Origin: Lysobacterales bacterium
GTDB taxonomy: Bacteria; Pseudomonadota; Gammaproteobacteria; Xanthomonadales; Xanthomonadaceae
Direction of reading: 5' to 3'
Assembly (NCBI GenBank): GCA_038226665.1
Contig: JBBRQI010000003.1
Coordinates: 38,678-102,677 of the forward strand
DNA length: 64,000 nt
Below, piece after piece: positions 41,582 to 51,397 of this stretch. The position numbers and the translations under genes were made by a program. The notes below the pieces were generated by a model. It did no database searches, was not told where the DNA came from, and saw only the letters and a program-made list of their open reading frames with translations. How positions within the stretch are numbered: position 1 is the first letter of the stretch; the number at the start of each line of letters is the position of its first letter.

Positions 41582-43702
41582 ATGGCGAAAATCAGCAAGC
41601 GGCAATCTTCGAGACCTAAGGGCGCGAAGCCGGCGAAAGGCAGCGCAACGACAGCGGCGGGCGGAGAACTGCACCAGCAGGCGAGCGGTGGCCATGGGCT
41701 GCTCACCACCAACCAGGGTTTGCCGGTATCGGACAATCAGAACTCCCTGCGAAGCAGCGCCGTCGGTCCGACGCTGCTTGAAGACTTCATCCTCCGCGAG
41801 AAGATCACCCATTTCGACCATGAGCGCATACCCGAGCGGGTCGTGCATGCGCGCGGTTCCGCGGCGCACGGCTATTTCGAGCTGACCAAGTCGCTCAAGC
41901 ATTACACGACGGCGAGGATCCTGACCGAAGTTGGCGAGAAGACCCCGGTCTTTACGCGCATTTCCACCGTCGCCGGCGGTTCCGGTTCGGTCGACACGCC
42001 ACGCGACGTGCGCGGGTTCGCGGTCAAGCTCTACACGAAGGAAGGCAATTGGGATCTTGTCGGAAACAACATCCCGGTGTTTTTTATCCAGGATGCGATC
42101 AAGTTTCCCGATCTCATCCATGCCGTGAAGATGGAGCCCGATCGCGGTTTTCCGCAGGCAGCGACTGCGCACGACACATTCTGGGATTACATCTCGCTCA
42201 CGCCCGAAGCGATGCACATGGTGATGTGGATCATGTCCGACCGCACCCTGCCGCGTTCGCTGCGCATGATCGAGGGTTTCGGCATCCACAGCTTCCGATT
42301 GCTCAATGCGAGTGGCGAGTCTACGTTCGTCAAGTTCCATTGGCGGCCGAAACTGGGCCTGCAGTCGACGATCTGGGACGAGGCCGTGAAGATCGCCGGT
42401 GCCGACCCGGATTTCCATCGTCGCGACCTGTTTGAAGCCATTCAGGCGGGCAATTTTCCGGAATGGGAATTCGCCGTGCAGCTGTTCACTCAGCAAGAGG
42501 CCGACAAGTTCCCGTTCGATCACCTGGACCCGACCAAGCTGATTCCCGAAGAACTTGTTCCGCTGACCGTAGTCGGGCGCATGGTCCTGGATCGCTGGCC
42601 GGACAATTTCTTCGCAGAGACCGAGCAGGTTGCCTTCTGCCCATCGCACCTGGTGCCGGGTATTGATTTCTCGAACGATCCGCTGTTGCAGGGCAGGCTG
42701 TTCTCGTATCTGGACACGCAGCTTTCGCGGTTGGGTTCGCCGAATTTCCATCAACTGCCGATCAATGCGCCGAAGTGTCCGTTCGCCAACCACCAACGCG
42801 ATGCGCACATGCAGATGGAGCAACCCAAAGGCCGCGTGGCGTACGAGCCGAATTCGTTGTCGACGGATTCACCACGCGAATCGCAGGCTGCCGGTTTCCG
42901 CAGTTCGACGATCCTTGCGCAGGACGGCGCGCAGGCCGATGGCAAAGGGCGGATCCGCGCCGCGAGCTTCGCCGATCATTACAGCCAGGCGCGCCAGTTC
43001 TACCGTAGTCAGTCGGCCTACGAGCAGGCACATATCGCCTCGGCGCTGGTGTTCGAATTGTCCAAGGTCGAGCACGTGCATGTTCGGGAAGCGATTGTCG
43101 GGCATCTGCGTCATATCGAAGAGGACCTCGCCCAACGCGTCGCCGATGGATTGGCCATGCAGAAGCTGCCCGCCGCACCCGCGCCAGCGATGCCGATCCA
43201 GAATTTGCCGACGTCACCTGCGCTGCAGCTCATCGGCAAGATGAAGCACACGCTCGAAGGCCGTGCGATTGCGATCCTGATCGCAGATGGCTCGGACGGC
43301 ACCGCGATCGAAGCCACCCGTAAGGCGGTCGTCAAAGCCGGTGCCAGCGTGAAAATCGTGGCTCCCAGGATCGGCGGAACAAAACTTGCCGATGGTTCGG
43401 TGCTCGCTGCCGACGGTCAACTGGCAGGCACGCCTTCGGTTTTATTCGATGCGGTGGCCGTCATACTTTCTGATGCAGGGGCGAAATCCCTTGGCAGCGA
43501 GGCGGCGGCGATTGATTTCGTCCGCGACGCATTTGGACACCTCAAGGCGATCGCAGTCGACGCGGGCGGAATGGCGCTCCTGAAACAAGCCCGACTCAAG
43601 AAGGATGGCGGGATCGTGGAAATTGCAGACCTTGAGGTCTTCATCATTGCGGCGGCGACGCGGCAATGGGATCGCGAAGAGGAAGTGCGTACGCTGGCGT
43701 GA
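41582..43702 (+). CDS. katE: catalase HPII (large-subunit, clade 2)
   Basis: [20 protein letters not shown], ...[23 protein letters not shown]..., ...[15 protein letters not shown]..., plus a C-terminal flavodoxin/DJ-1-like extension. Start placed at MAKISKRQ (41582). Confidence 0.93.
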   Translation: MAKISKRQSSRPKGAKPAKGSATTAAGGELHQQASGGHGLLTTNQGLPVSDNQNSLRSSAVGPTLLEDFILREKITHFDHERIPERVVHARGSAAHGYFELTKSLKHYTTARILTEVGEKTPVFTRISTVAGGSGSVDTPRDVRGFAVKLYTKEGNWDLVGNNIPVFFIQDAIKFPDLIHAVKMEPDRGFPQAATAHDTFWDYISLTPEAMHMVMWIMSDRTLPRSLRMIEGFGIHSFRLLNASGESTFVKFHWRPKLGLQSTIWDEAVKIAGADPDFHRRDLFEAIQAGNFPEWEFAVQLFTQQEADKFPFDHLDPTKLIPEELVPLTVVGRMVLDRWPDNFFAETEQVAFCPSHLVPGIDFSNDPLLQGRLFSYLDTQLSRLGSPNFHQLPINAPKCPFANHQRDAHMQMEQPKGRVAYEPNSLSTDSPRESQAAGFRSSTILAQDGAQADGKGRIRAASFADHYSQARQFYRSQSAYEQAHIASALVFELSKVEHVHVREAIVGHLRHIEEDLAQRVADGLAMQKLPAAPAPAMPIQNLPTSPALQLIGKMKHTLEGRAIAILIADGSDGTAIEATRKAVVKAGASVKIVAPRIGGTKLADGSVLAADGQLAGTPSVLFDAVAVILSDAGAKSLGSEAAAIDFVRDAFGHLKAIAVDAGGMALLKQARLKKDGGIVEIADLEVFIIAAATRQWDREEEVRTLA

Positions 43703-43788
43703 GCGTTCGTGCGGACATGTATGGGTGCCCGCTCATCGTGTGCAAGTGCGATTCATGGACCCAGACGAAGACGTCATGATCAAATCGT

Positions 43789-44526
43789 ATGCCTGAAGGT
43801 CCATCCATCGTCATCTTGCGTGATCTAGTCGAAGAGTTCGTCGGTCGCCGCGTCGTACGCGTGGATGGCAACAGCAAGCTTCTGGATATGGAGCGCATGC
43901 GTGGCCAAAAGGTGCTGGCATTCCGTAGTTGGGGAAAACACTTCTTGGTCTGCTTCGTCGGTTTCACGCTTCGAGTGCATTTCATGCTCTTCGGCAGCTA
44001 TCGCATCAATGCACGAAAGGAGACGCCAGCGCGACTGAGTCTTGGTTTCGGCAAGGGCGAGATCAACTTCTACGCGTGCTCCGTCCGCTATATCGAGGGC
44101 GACCTCGACGCAACGTACGACTGGGGCGCGGATGTGATGTCGGACGTCTGGGATCCTAAGGCCGCGCGCCGCAAACTCAGAGCCCGACCGGAGATGCTTG
44201 TCTGCGATGCGCTACTCGACCAGGAAATTTTTGCGGGAGTGGGCAACATCATCAAGAACGAAGTGTTGTTCCGTATTCGACTGCATCCTGAAAGCACGAT
44301 CGGTGGATTGTCTTCGCACAAGCTGGTTGAGCTGGTTACCCAAGCGCGCGAATACAGTTTTGATTTCCTGCGTTGGAAGCGCGCATTCGTTCTCCGCAAG
44401 CATTATCTGGTTCACACCAAGACGATCTGTCCGCGCTGCGATCTGCGCCTGCAATACCGGGCGCATCTTGGCGCAAAACGGCGACGAGCTTTTTTCTGCG
44501 AAAACTGTCAGATATTGCGTCGATAA
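43789..44526 (+). CDS. Fpg/Nei-family DNA glycosylase (endonuclease VIII-like)
   Basis: 245 aa. N-terminal catalytic MPEGPSI, H2TH region LLDQEIFAGVGNIIKNEVLFRIRLHP, and C-terminal zinc finger CPRC...CENC. Confidence 0.8.
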   Translation: MPEGPSIVILRDLVEEFVGRRVVRVDGNSKLLDMERMRGQKVLAFRSWGKHFLVCFVGFTLRVHFMLFGSYRINARKETPARLSLGFGKGEINFYACSVRYIEGDLDATYDWGADVMSDVWDPKAARRKLRARPEMLVCDALLDQEIFAGVGNIIKNEVLFRIRLHPESTIGGLSSHKLVELVTQAREYSFDFLRWKRAFVLRKHYLVHTKTICPRCDLRLQYRAHLGAKRRRAFFCENCQILRR

Positions 44527-44559
44527 AAGCTGCGACTCAGCCGCAAAAGGAGCTGGATC

Positions 44560-45375
44560 TTGGCAAGGAAGCCAATTGTTGCTGAAAGCGGCTCAATCCG
44601 CATCGGATGCGCCGGATGGTCGGTGCGCCTTGATCAATCGCCGCTTTTCGACGAGGGGGAAAGCCATCTCGCGCGATACGCAACGCGCTTCGACGCAGTG
44701 GAAATCAATTCTTCCTTCTATCGGCCCCACCAGCAAAAGACCTACGCGCGTTGGGCGGCTAAGGCACCGCCGGATTTCCGGTTTTCGGTGAAGTTCCCGA
44801 AGGCAATCACGCATAAAGCTCGTTTGAACGATGCTGACGAAGCCATCGCCAAATTCTGCAACGAGGTCGCGGGCCTTGGCGAGAAACTTGGCTGTGTGCT
44901 TGTGCAACTTCCGCCGAGCCTGGCATTTGACGCCGGGATCGCGGAAAAGTTTTTTGCGCGATTGCGTCAATCGACGACAGCTCCTGTCGCCTGCGAGCCC
45001 CGTCATCCGAGTTGGTTCAGCGCCGAAGTGGACAAGTTGTGGCGGCATTACCTCATCAATCGCGTTGCCGCAGATCCCGCACGTTGCCCAGAAGCATCCC
45101 ACGTCGGCGGACACGGGCCATTGCGCTACTGGCGCTGGCACGGATCGCCGCGCATGTATTTCAGTGCGTACCAGGATGACGTACTGAAAAAACTGGCGCT
45201 GCAATTATGTTCGCATTCTGCGGCTGGACGGACAGCATGGTGCATCTTCGACAACACCGCTCTGGGCCACGCTGCAACAGATGCGATCAGACTGCGGGAG
45301 CTATGTGAAGTTGTTGCGTGCGAGTCGACACAGATCAATATTGCAACGGGGCGACCGTCAGCCTCGACTGAATAG
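44560..45375 (+). CDS. DUF72 (YecE-like) domain protein
   Basis: TTG start 7 nt after AAGGAG. IRIGCAGWS...YATRFDAVEINSSFYRPHQQKTYARWAAKAPPDFRFSVKFPKAITH matches the DUF72 family pattern. Confidence 0.8.
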   Translation: MARKPIVAESGSIRIGCAGWSVRLDQSPLFDEGESHLARYATRFDAVEINSSFYRPHQQKTYARWAAKAPPDFRFSVKFPKAITHKARLNDADEAIAKFCNEVAGLGEKLGCVLVQLPPSLAFDAGIAEKFFARLRQSTTAPVACEPRHPSWFSAEVDKLWRHYLINRVAADPARCPEASHVGGHGPLRYWRWHGSPRMYFSAYQDDVLKKLALQLCSHSAAGRTAWCIFDNTALGHAATDAIRLRELCEVVACESTQINIATGRPSASTE

Positions 45376-45468
45376 CATTAACGACGTTATAAAAAAATTC
45401 ATCCTGAGCGGCCCATGCTTGTACAACAACCTCGGGTGTTCTAATGGCTTCAAGGAGAGGAGAGGATC

Positions 45469-45732
45469 ATGCCTCGCGGTGACAAATCCGGTTATACCGA
45501 CAAGCAGAAGCGCCAGGCAGAGCATATCGAGGAGAGCGAGAAAAATGACGGCCGCTCAGCCTCGGCTTCAAAGCGCATCGCGTGGGCCACGGTCAACAAG
45601 CAGGACGGAGGCGGCAAAAAAAAACATCAACGGCAGCAAAGAAGAAGTAGCACTCGTCGAGAACCCACGGCTGAGCTGGATACGGGTTCGAATCATCCTG
45701 TCATGGAATGCGCTGGGGAAGATCGAAAGTAG
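45469..45732 (+). CDS. small basic hypothetical protein (MPRGDKS.YTDKQKR type)
   Basis: Strong RBS (GGAGAGGAGAGGA). MPRGDKSGYTDKQKRQAEHIEESEKNDGRSASASKRIAWATVNKQDGGGKKK resembles a widespread small stress-associated protein. Contains an A9 tract at 45616-45624. Confidence 0.5.
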   Translation: MPRGDKSGYTDKQKRQAEHIEESEKNDGRSASASKRIAWATVNKQDGGGKKKHQRQQRRSSTRREPTAELDTGSNHPVMECAGEDRK

Positions 45733-45802
45733 TGGCAATCCGCTGGAAAGACATCAACGACTTACACTCGCCATACCTTCGCCCTTTCACAAGGAGCCTG
45801 TG

Positions 45803-46744
45803 ATGCCACGCCCGATCTGGAGCGGTACATTGTCTTTTGGCCTTTTGAACATCCCCGTGCAATTGATGTCGGGGGAGCGACGCGTGGATCTGAGTTTCCG
45901 CATGCTCGACGCGCGCGACAAATCGCCGATTCGCTATGAGCGCGTCAATGCCGAAACCGGCGACGAAGTGCCATGGAAAGACATCGTCAAGGCATTCGAG
46001 TACGACAAGGGCAGCTACGTGGTACTGGAAGACAGCGACATCAAGGCAGCTGCAGCTTCCGAAGGGCGGGACGCCATCGAAGTCGAAGGATTCGTCGATC
46101 GCGATGCCATTGCCCCCTCGTATTTCGAAAAGCCATACATCCTCGTCCCTGCAAAGAAAGCCGAAAAGGGATACGTACTCTTGCGCGAAACCCTCAAGGA
46201 GATGGGCAAGATTGGCGTCGCGCGCGTCGTCATTCGCACGCGCGAGCACCTTGCTACAGTCATGCCGGATGGTGATGCGCTCGCCCTGATCCTGCTGCGA
46301 TATCCACAGGAACTCATTCCGGCGGACGACTACAAGATCTCGGAGGGCAAGTTGTCGGATTACCGCATTGCGCCCAAGGAATTGGCGATGGCGAAGCAAC
46401 TCATCGAATCAATGACGGGTGACTTCGATCCAGGCAAATATCGCGATGAATTCCGCGATCGATTGCAGGCGGTCATCCAGAAGCGCATGAAGAGCGGAGG
46501 CAAGGTCGCCAGGCACGAGGATGCTTCCGACGCGGTGCCCGATGGTGCAGCAACCAACGTCGTGGATTTCATGGAATTGCTGCAGAAGAGCTTGGCAAGC
46601 CAGCAACGGACGCCCGCCAAATCCGCGTCGGCTGCGAAGACGATCACCAAAAAGGCGGCGAATCGAGCGAAAGCCGCTCCACAGAAAGTTGCTACGAAGA
46701 AGCCCGCAAAATCCAAATCGACGAAGTCGCGCAAGGCAGGCTGA
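45803..46744 (+). CDS. ku: non-homologous end-joining protein Ku
   Basis: The ATG follows AAGGAG. MPRPIWSGTLSFGLLNIPVQLMSGERRVDLSFRMLD is the canonical bacterial Ku N-terminus. The C-terminal tail is Lys-rich. Confidence 0.9.
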   Translation: MPRPIWSGTLSFGLLNIPVQLMSGERRVDLSFRMLDARDKSPIRYERVNAETGDEVPWKDIVKAFEYDKGSYVVLEDSDIKAAAASEGRDAIEVEGFVDRDAIAPSYFEKPYILVPAKKAEKGYVLLRETLKEMGKIGVARVVIRTREHLATVMPDGDALALILLRYPQELIPADDYKISEGKLSDYRIAPKELAMAKQLIESMTGDFDPGKYRDEFRDRLQAVIQKRMKSGGKVARHEDASDAVPDGAATNVVDFMELLQKSLASQQRTPAKSASAAKTITKKAANRAKAAPQKVATKKPAKSKSTKSRKAG

Positions 46745-46747
46745 TCC

Positions 46748-49300
46748 ATGAGCCTGCGCGACTATGTGCGCAAGCGGCGGCTCAGCGAAACACCGGAGCC
46801 GAGGCCGGGCAAGCTTGCACCGACGACAAGGCATCTCCCCATTTTTGTGGTGCAACTCCACCACGCACGCGCGCGTCATTACGATTTCAGGTTGGAAGTC
46901 GGTGGCGTTCTCAAGAGCTGGGCCGTGCCGAAGGGACCATCGCTGCGTGCAGGCGAGCGCAGGCTTGCCGTCGAAGTCGAAGATCATCCTGTGTCGTATG
47001 CGGCATTCGAAGGCGACATTCCGCCGGGCCACTATGGAGCGGGGCATGTGGACCTTTTCGATCGAGGTACGTGGAAGGCGCAAGGCGATCCGGAATCCGC
47101 ACTCAAGGCAGGCAAGCTGGAATTCGAACTCAATGGAAGCCGATTGCAGGGACAGTGGAAGTTGGTTCGCACGGCGATGAGCGGCAACAAGATGCAGTGG
47201 CTGCTGATCAAATCGCGCGATGCGCACGCCCGTGACGCCACGGCCGACGATCTGCTAGACGAGCCGGTGGCAAAAAGTGTCGATCGTGCTTTACCAAATA
47301 AGCCGAAGTCATCTGTGGATTCTTCCCGGATGCCTAAGACGCGCGCCAGGGACAAAAGTCCTCGCAACGATTCCATCCGCAAGCTGGCGGCAGCGCTACC
47401 GGGCGCGTCCACGCACGCAGTCCCGGATCGTTTTCGTCCCGAACTCTGCATCCTGCGGGCTGTTTCGCCGGAAGGAGAAGGATGGCTGCATGAGGTCAAG
47501 TGGGATGGTTATCGGCTGCTCGCTTCGATTGAAAAAGGGAAGGTTGCATTGCGATCGCGCAACGACCTGGAATGGACCAAGGATTTCCCAACGATTGTCC
47601 ACGCATTAAAAACGCTCTCGCTCGACCAAGCGCAATTCGATGGCGAGCTCGTCGTACTCGATGCCAAGGGGCAAAGCGATTTCTCCGCGCTGCAACACGA
47701 GATCAAGGTAGGAGGTACGGGGAATCTCTCCTATCTGATCTTCGACCTGCTGGCGATTGAAGGAATCAACCTGACCCAATGCCGTCTTGCCGATCGCAAG
47801 ACAATCCTCGATCAGGTTCTGGCACGTCGACCGCATCCGGCACTCGCCTTGAGCAAGCATGTGATCGGGCATGGCGCATTTGTTTTCGAAGCGAGCAGAA
47901 AGCAGGGCCTGGAAGGAATTGTCAGCAAGCGCGTCGATTCGTACTACGCCGCAGGCCGAACCGGTGATTGGGTAAAAGCCAAGCACGCGCTGAGCGACGA
48001 TTTCATCATTGTCGGCATGACCAAGCCCAAAGGTGCGCGTGAAGGCTTCGGTGCGCTGCTGATGGCGCGCCGGGTAGAGCGCAATCTGGAATACGTGGGT
48101 CGGGTCGGGACTGGTTACGATGACGCAATGCTGCAGCGACTCGCGACCGCATTCAAGCCACTCGTCCAATCGTCTCCAACCGTTCGCTTGCCCGCGCACA
48201 CGCCGCTGAAAGAACGCGACGTGACATGGCTGCTACCCGTCATGATCGCTGAAGTTGCCTTTCGCGGCTGGGCGAAGGAAGGGCTGCTGCGTCAAGCCAG
48301 CTTTCTTCGATTGCGCGAGGACAAGGACGCTGTCGACATCACATCTGCCGATACGGAAGAGGGCGGCGATAAAATGAAAGAGGATGCCGGCAAGAAATCC
48401 AAAGGCCGTACGGCGACCGGGGCGACGCATGCATCCGCGAAAATTACCCACAGTGAACGTTTGGTCTACCGCAGTGCGAGGATTAGCAAAGGGCAGGTCG
48501 CAGCGTATTACGAGGCGATTTCACCCATGCTGCTGCACGAGATCGGGCGAAGGCCCCTGTCGGTCGTGCGTTGCCCTGATGGTGCCGATGGCAAGAGCTT
48601 CTTCCAGAAGCACTACGCAAAGACCTTGGGAAAAAATGTTGACGCAATCGCAATCCACGAGGCCGATGGCGGCGAACAGAAATACATTGCGGTGCATGAC
48701 ACCGCGGGCGTACTCGATCTTGTCCAGATGAACGTCCTCGAATTCCATCCGTGGGGATGCGCGAGTGGCCGTCCGAAGCAGCCGGATCGCCTGGTCTTTG
48801 ATCTTGATCCAGCGGAAGACGTTTCCTGGAAAGAAATTGTCCGTGCCGCACGCGATGTCCGTGCGCGACTGCAGGACACGGGGCTGGAAAGTTTTGTGCG
48901 GCTTTCGGGCGGCAAGGGAGTGCATGTCGTCGCGCCCATTGCGAGCGGCCCGGATTGGGACGAAGCCAAGGCATTCTGTCGTGCCTTCGCTACCGCGATG
49001 GCGACGGCCCAACCGGAGCGTTATCTGGCTACCGCCAGCAAAGCCCTGCGTACAGGCCGGATCTTCATCGACTGGCTACGCAACGGACGCGGCGCAACGA
49101 GTGTCGCGAGTTGGTCGCTGCGTGCCAGGGCAGGGGCTCCCGTTGCCATGCCGATCCAGTGGTCCGGTCTTGATCGCATCAAGGCGGCGAATGCGTACGA
49201 TCTGACCAAGGCATTGGAAGCGTTCGAGCGAGGAGTGCAGCCATGGCAGCTATCCGAGCACCCATCGCAGAAGCTGCCGAAAGTCGCTTCGGCGGATTAA
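46748..49300 (+). CDS. ligD: ATP-dependent DNA ligase LigD (phosphoesterase-ligase-polymerase order)
   Basis: 850 aa. PE domain FVVQLHHARARHYDFRLE, ligase motif I EVKWDGYR, and a C-terminal primase-polymerase domain (...VVRCPDGADGKSFFQKH...GGKGVHVV...). Starts 3 nt after the ku stop. Confidence 0.92.
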   Translation: MSLRDYVRKRRLSETPEPRPGKLAPTTRHLPIFVVQLHHARARHYDFRLEVGGVLKSWAVPKGPSLRAGERRLAVEVEDHPVSYAAFEGDIPPGHYGAGHVDLFDRGTWKAQGDPESALKAGKLEFELNGSRLQGQWKLVRTAMSGNKMQWLLIKSRDAHARDATADDLLDEPVAKSVDRALPNKPKSSVDSSRMPKTRARDKSPRNDSIRKLAAALPGASTHAVPDRFRPELCILRAVSPEGEGWLHEVKWDGYRLLASIEKGKVALRSRNDLEWTKDFPTIVHALKTLSLDQAQFDGELVVLDAKGQSDFSALQHEIKVGGTGNLSYLIFDLLAIEGINLTQCRLADRKTILDQVLARRPHPALALSKHVIGHGAFVFEASRKQGLEGIVSKRVDSYYAAGRTGDWVKAKHALSDDFIIVGMTKPKGAREGFGALLMARRVERNLEYVGRVGTGYDDAMLQRLATAFKPLVQSSPTVRLPAHTPLKERDVTWLLPVMIAEVAFRGWAKEGLLRQASFLRLREDKDAVDITSADTEEGGDKMKEDAGKKSKGRTATGATHASAKITHSERLVYRSARISKGQVAAYYEAISPMLLHEIGRRPLSVVRCPDGADGKSFFQKHYAKTLGKNVDAIAIHEADGGEQKYIAVHDTAGVLDLVQMNVLEFHPWGCASGRPKQPDRLVFDLDPAEDVSWKEIVRAARDVRARLQDTGLESFVRLSGGKGVHVVAPIASGPDWDEAKAFCRAFATAMATAQPERYLATASKALRTGRIFIDWLRNGRGATSVASWSLRARAGAPVAMPIQWSGLDRIKAANAYDLTKALEAFERGVQPWQLSEHPSQKLPKVASAD

Positions 49301-49390
49301 TTCGTGGCTCCCACCAAAAACAATCGAGCACAGCAGGCGGGCCACCGTGATGAGGAATGCCGAGCGGAGCAACATCCGGTGCGAGCGTCC

Positions 49391-50017
49391 ATGGCGCGTA
49401 GAATCCAGGTTGGCGAGTTGCGAAGCAGTCACCTGAGCGAGGGATGTTGCTTCGTCTATGTGCTTCCAAGTCGATACGAAGACATCCTCAAGCTGGGCTT
49501 CTCGCGTGAGCCACTCGAGCGGCTGCGTTCTCTGCATTGCCGCTTTTTTTCCTTTTTCAATCTGGACCGCGCGTGGCTGATCGAGACGGAGACGGTGCGT
49601 GACGCGCGTCGGCTTGAGCTCAGGCTCGCCGAACACATCGCTCTGCACAACGCGCCGGCCCCCTTGATCATTCGGCGAGCGGCCGCAGGCCATACCGAAT
49701 GGTACCGGGGTGCGCATGCCGTGTTGGCAACTGCGACGGACGCGTTGCGCACCGAAGGATTCGTCGTGCACGCACCGGCAACTTCGTGGGTTCGCACGCG
49801 CCTGCTCGACACGAGCGATACCCTGTTTGGATGGTCGGGCGCGATGCTGGAAGGCATCGAATGGGCTGCTTGCGTTGGTGCACCGTCGGCAGCAATGGAA
49901 CGCACATTGCAAGACGCCCTTGACGCCTATGATGCACTTGCCATCAATGTTCGGCAGTTGATCCCTGAAGCTGTGTGGGACTGGCATCGAGCGAAGCTCG
50001 ATTCAGACCAGGGCTGA
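49391..50017 (+). CDS. T5orf172 / GIY-YIG-like domain protein
   Basis: CCFVYVLPSRYEDILKLGFSREPLERLRSL...ARRLELRLAEHI...AAAGHTEWYRG fits the T5orf172 pattern (VYvl..ilKiG.s..p..R...l, E..lH, GhTEWf). The frame is open from a GTG at 49304, 3 nt after the ligD stop. Confidence 0.6.
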   Translation: MARRIQVGELRSSHLSEGCCFVYVLPSRYEDILKLGFSREPLERLRSLHCRFFSFFNLDRAWLIETETVRDARRLELRLAEHIALHNAPAPLIIRRAAAGHTEWYRGAHAVLATATDALRTEGFVVHAPATSWVRTRLLDTSDTLFGWSGAMLEGIEWAACVGAPSAAMERTLQDALDAYDALAINVRQLIPEAVWDWHRAKLDSDQG

Positions 50018-50152
50018 CGCACGCCACACATCCAGCTTACAACTTCGCATAATGTGTATTATGTCATTTACACAGATGGTTCGGTGCCCTTGACGGTTCG
50101 GCTCGCGGCTTGTCCTGATTTTGTGGCCAAATACCCTCGCCGCCTGAATGCA

Positions 50153-50797
50153 CTACCCGCTCCGCCATGCATCGAGTTGATGGTGGAACCATGTGTTCAT
50201 GCACTGATGTTTTACGGTATCGGCCAGGCGCGGCAACGGCGATGCATCGCCGAAACGTACGTTCAATGCGTCGACCAAAGCGGCATTCCATTCGGCATGG
50301 AATTGCATTCCGATAATGCCTGACCCTATTGCGAACATCTGGTGCTCAGATGCAGCGCTTGATGCCAGCGTGCGCGCTTGGGGAGGCGGTATGAATGCAT
50401 CCTCATGCCATTGCAGCGCGTCGATATGGCTGCCATCGACGAAATCGATGCGTGTCCATCCGGTCTCTGGTCGCTCAAGTCGATGCACGCGGCAACCGAT
50501 GGCATCGGCAACCAGCTGCGCACCGAGGCAGATACCGAATGTCGGCGCTGCGTTGGCAAGGTGCTCGCGCAGCCACGCACGTTCGCGTTGCAGCCATTCG
50601 GGCCCATCGTTGACAGAGTACGGGCCGCCGAGCAGAACGCACGGGCGACCGGTTACTTCCGGCAAATCGCCAAGATCGGCACGATGAACGTCCAGTGCTA
50701 TGCCGTGCCGGGCCGCCCATACGCCAAGTTCGCCAACTTCTTCGGACGGATGATGTTGCAAGACGGTCAGCCTGCTTTTCATCAGCTTGTCGGTCAC
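50153..50797 (-). CDS. class I glutamine amidotransferase-like protein
   Basis: 214 aa. Nucleophile elbow FGICLGAQLVA and later ...GMQFHAEW, typical of GATase1 / GMP-synthase-like domains. Confidence 0.8.
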   Translation of the reverse strand: MTDKLMKSRLTVLQHHPSEEVGELGVWAARHGIALDVHRADLGDLPEVTGRPCVLLGGPYSVNDGPEWLQRERAWLREHLANAAPTFGICLGAQLVADAIGCRVHRLERPETGWTRIDFVDGSHIDALQWHEDAFIPPPQARTLASSAASEHQMFAIGSGIIGMQFHAEWNAALVDALNVRFGDASPLPRLADTVKHQCMNTWFHHQLDAWRSG

Positions 50798-50877
50798 ATG
50801 GCTCCCTTGCCATCATCGCGTGTATCGTGGACAAGTATCGTGAAATTCTGGCGCGCCGGCGCCAGCCAGGGCCTCGG

Positions 50878-51309
50878 ATGAATCTACGCGAAAGTTGGGT
50901 GTTGTTCGCATTCGGGTCGGCGTTCTTTGCCGGGTTGACCGCCGTGTTCGGCAAGATCGGCGTCGCCGGCATCAACTCGAATCTCGCGACGATGATCCGC
51001 ACCGTCGTGATCCTGCTGGTGACCGCGGGCATCCTGTGGCTGCGCAATGAATGGAAGCCGACGGCAACGATTTCCCCGACGACATGGCTGTTCCTCGTCC
51101 TGTCGGGCATCGCCACCGGACTGTCGTGGCTGTGCTATTACCGTGCGCTGCAACTCGGCCCGGTCACGCGCGTCGCACCGATCGACAAGCTCAGCGTGGT
51201 GTTCGCGATCCTGCTCGGCGTGCTGTTCGTCGGCGAAGCGTTGACGTGGCAGGTGGTGGTCGGCGGCCTGCTGATCGTCGCCGGATCGATTGTGATGATC
51301 GCGTTCTGA
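50878..51309 (+). CDS. small EamA-like (single-domain DMT) membrane transporter
   Basis: Internal ATG of ORF 50695..51309. 143 aa, about 4-5 TM segments, ...WLCYYRALQLGPVTRVAPIDKLSVVFAILLG.... Confidence 0.75.
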   Translation: MNLRESWVLFAFGSAFFAGLTAVFGKIGVAGINSNLATMIRTVVILLVTAGILWLRNEWKPTATISPTTWLFLVLSGIATGLSWLCYYRALQLGPVTRVAPIDKLSVVFAILLGVLFVGEALTWQVVVGGLLIVAGSIVMIAF

Positions 51310-51397
51310 TAGCTGCAGTACATCGCGCGTCTTATCCGTGAAATGCCGTTCAACATCGATCCGCTATCCTTCAACAGATCCATCCAATCGGAATTCC

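Noticed and set aside
41504-42823. 439-aa minus-strand ORF
   Set aside because: Antisense to katE, which has unmistakable catalase motifs.
45281-45802. N-terminal 174-codon extension of the Ku ORF
   Set aside because: The canonical Ku N-terminus (MPRPIWSG...) begins at 45803, directly after AAGGAG. The extension overlaps the DUF72 3-prime end and the small basic ORF. It is retained only as the open-frame observation linked to the A9 tract.
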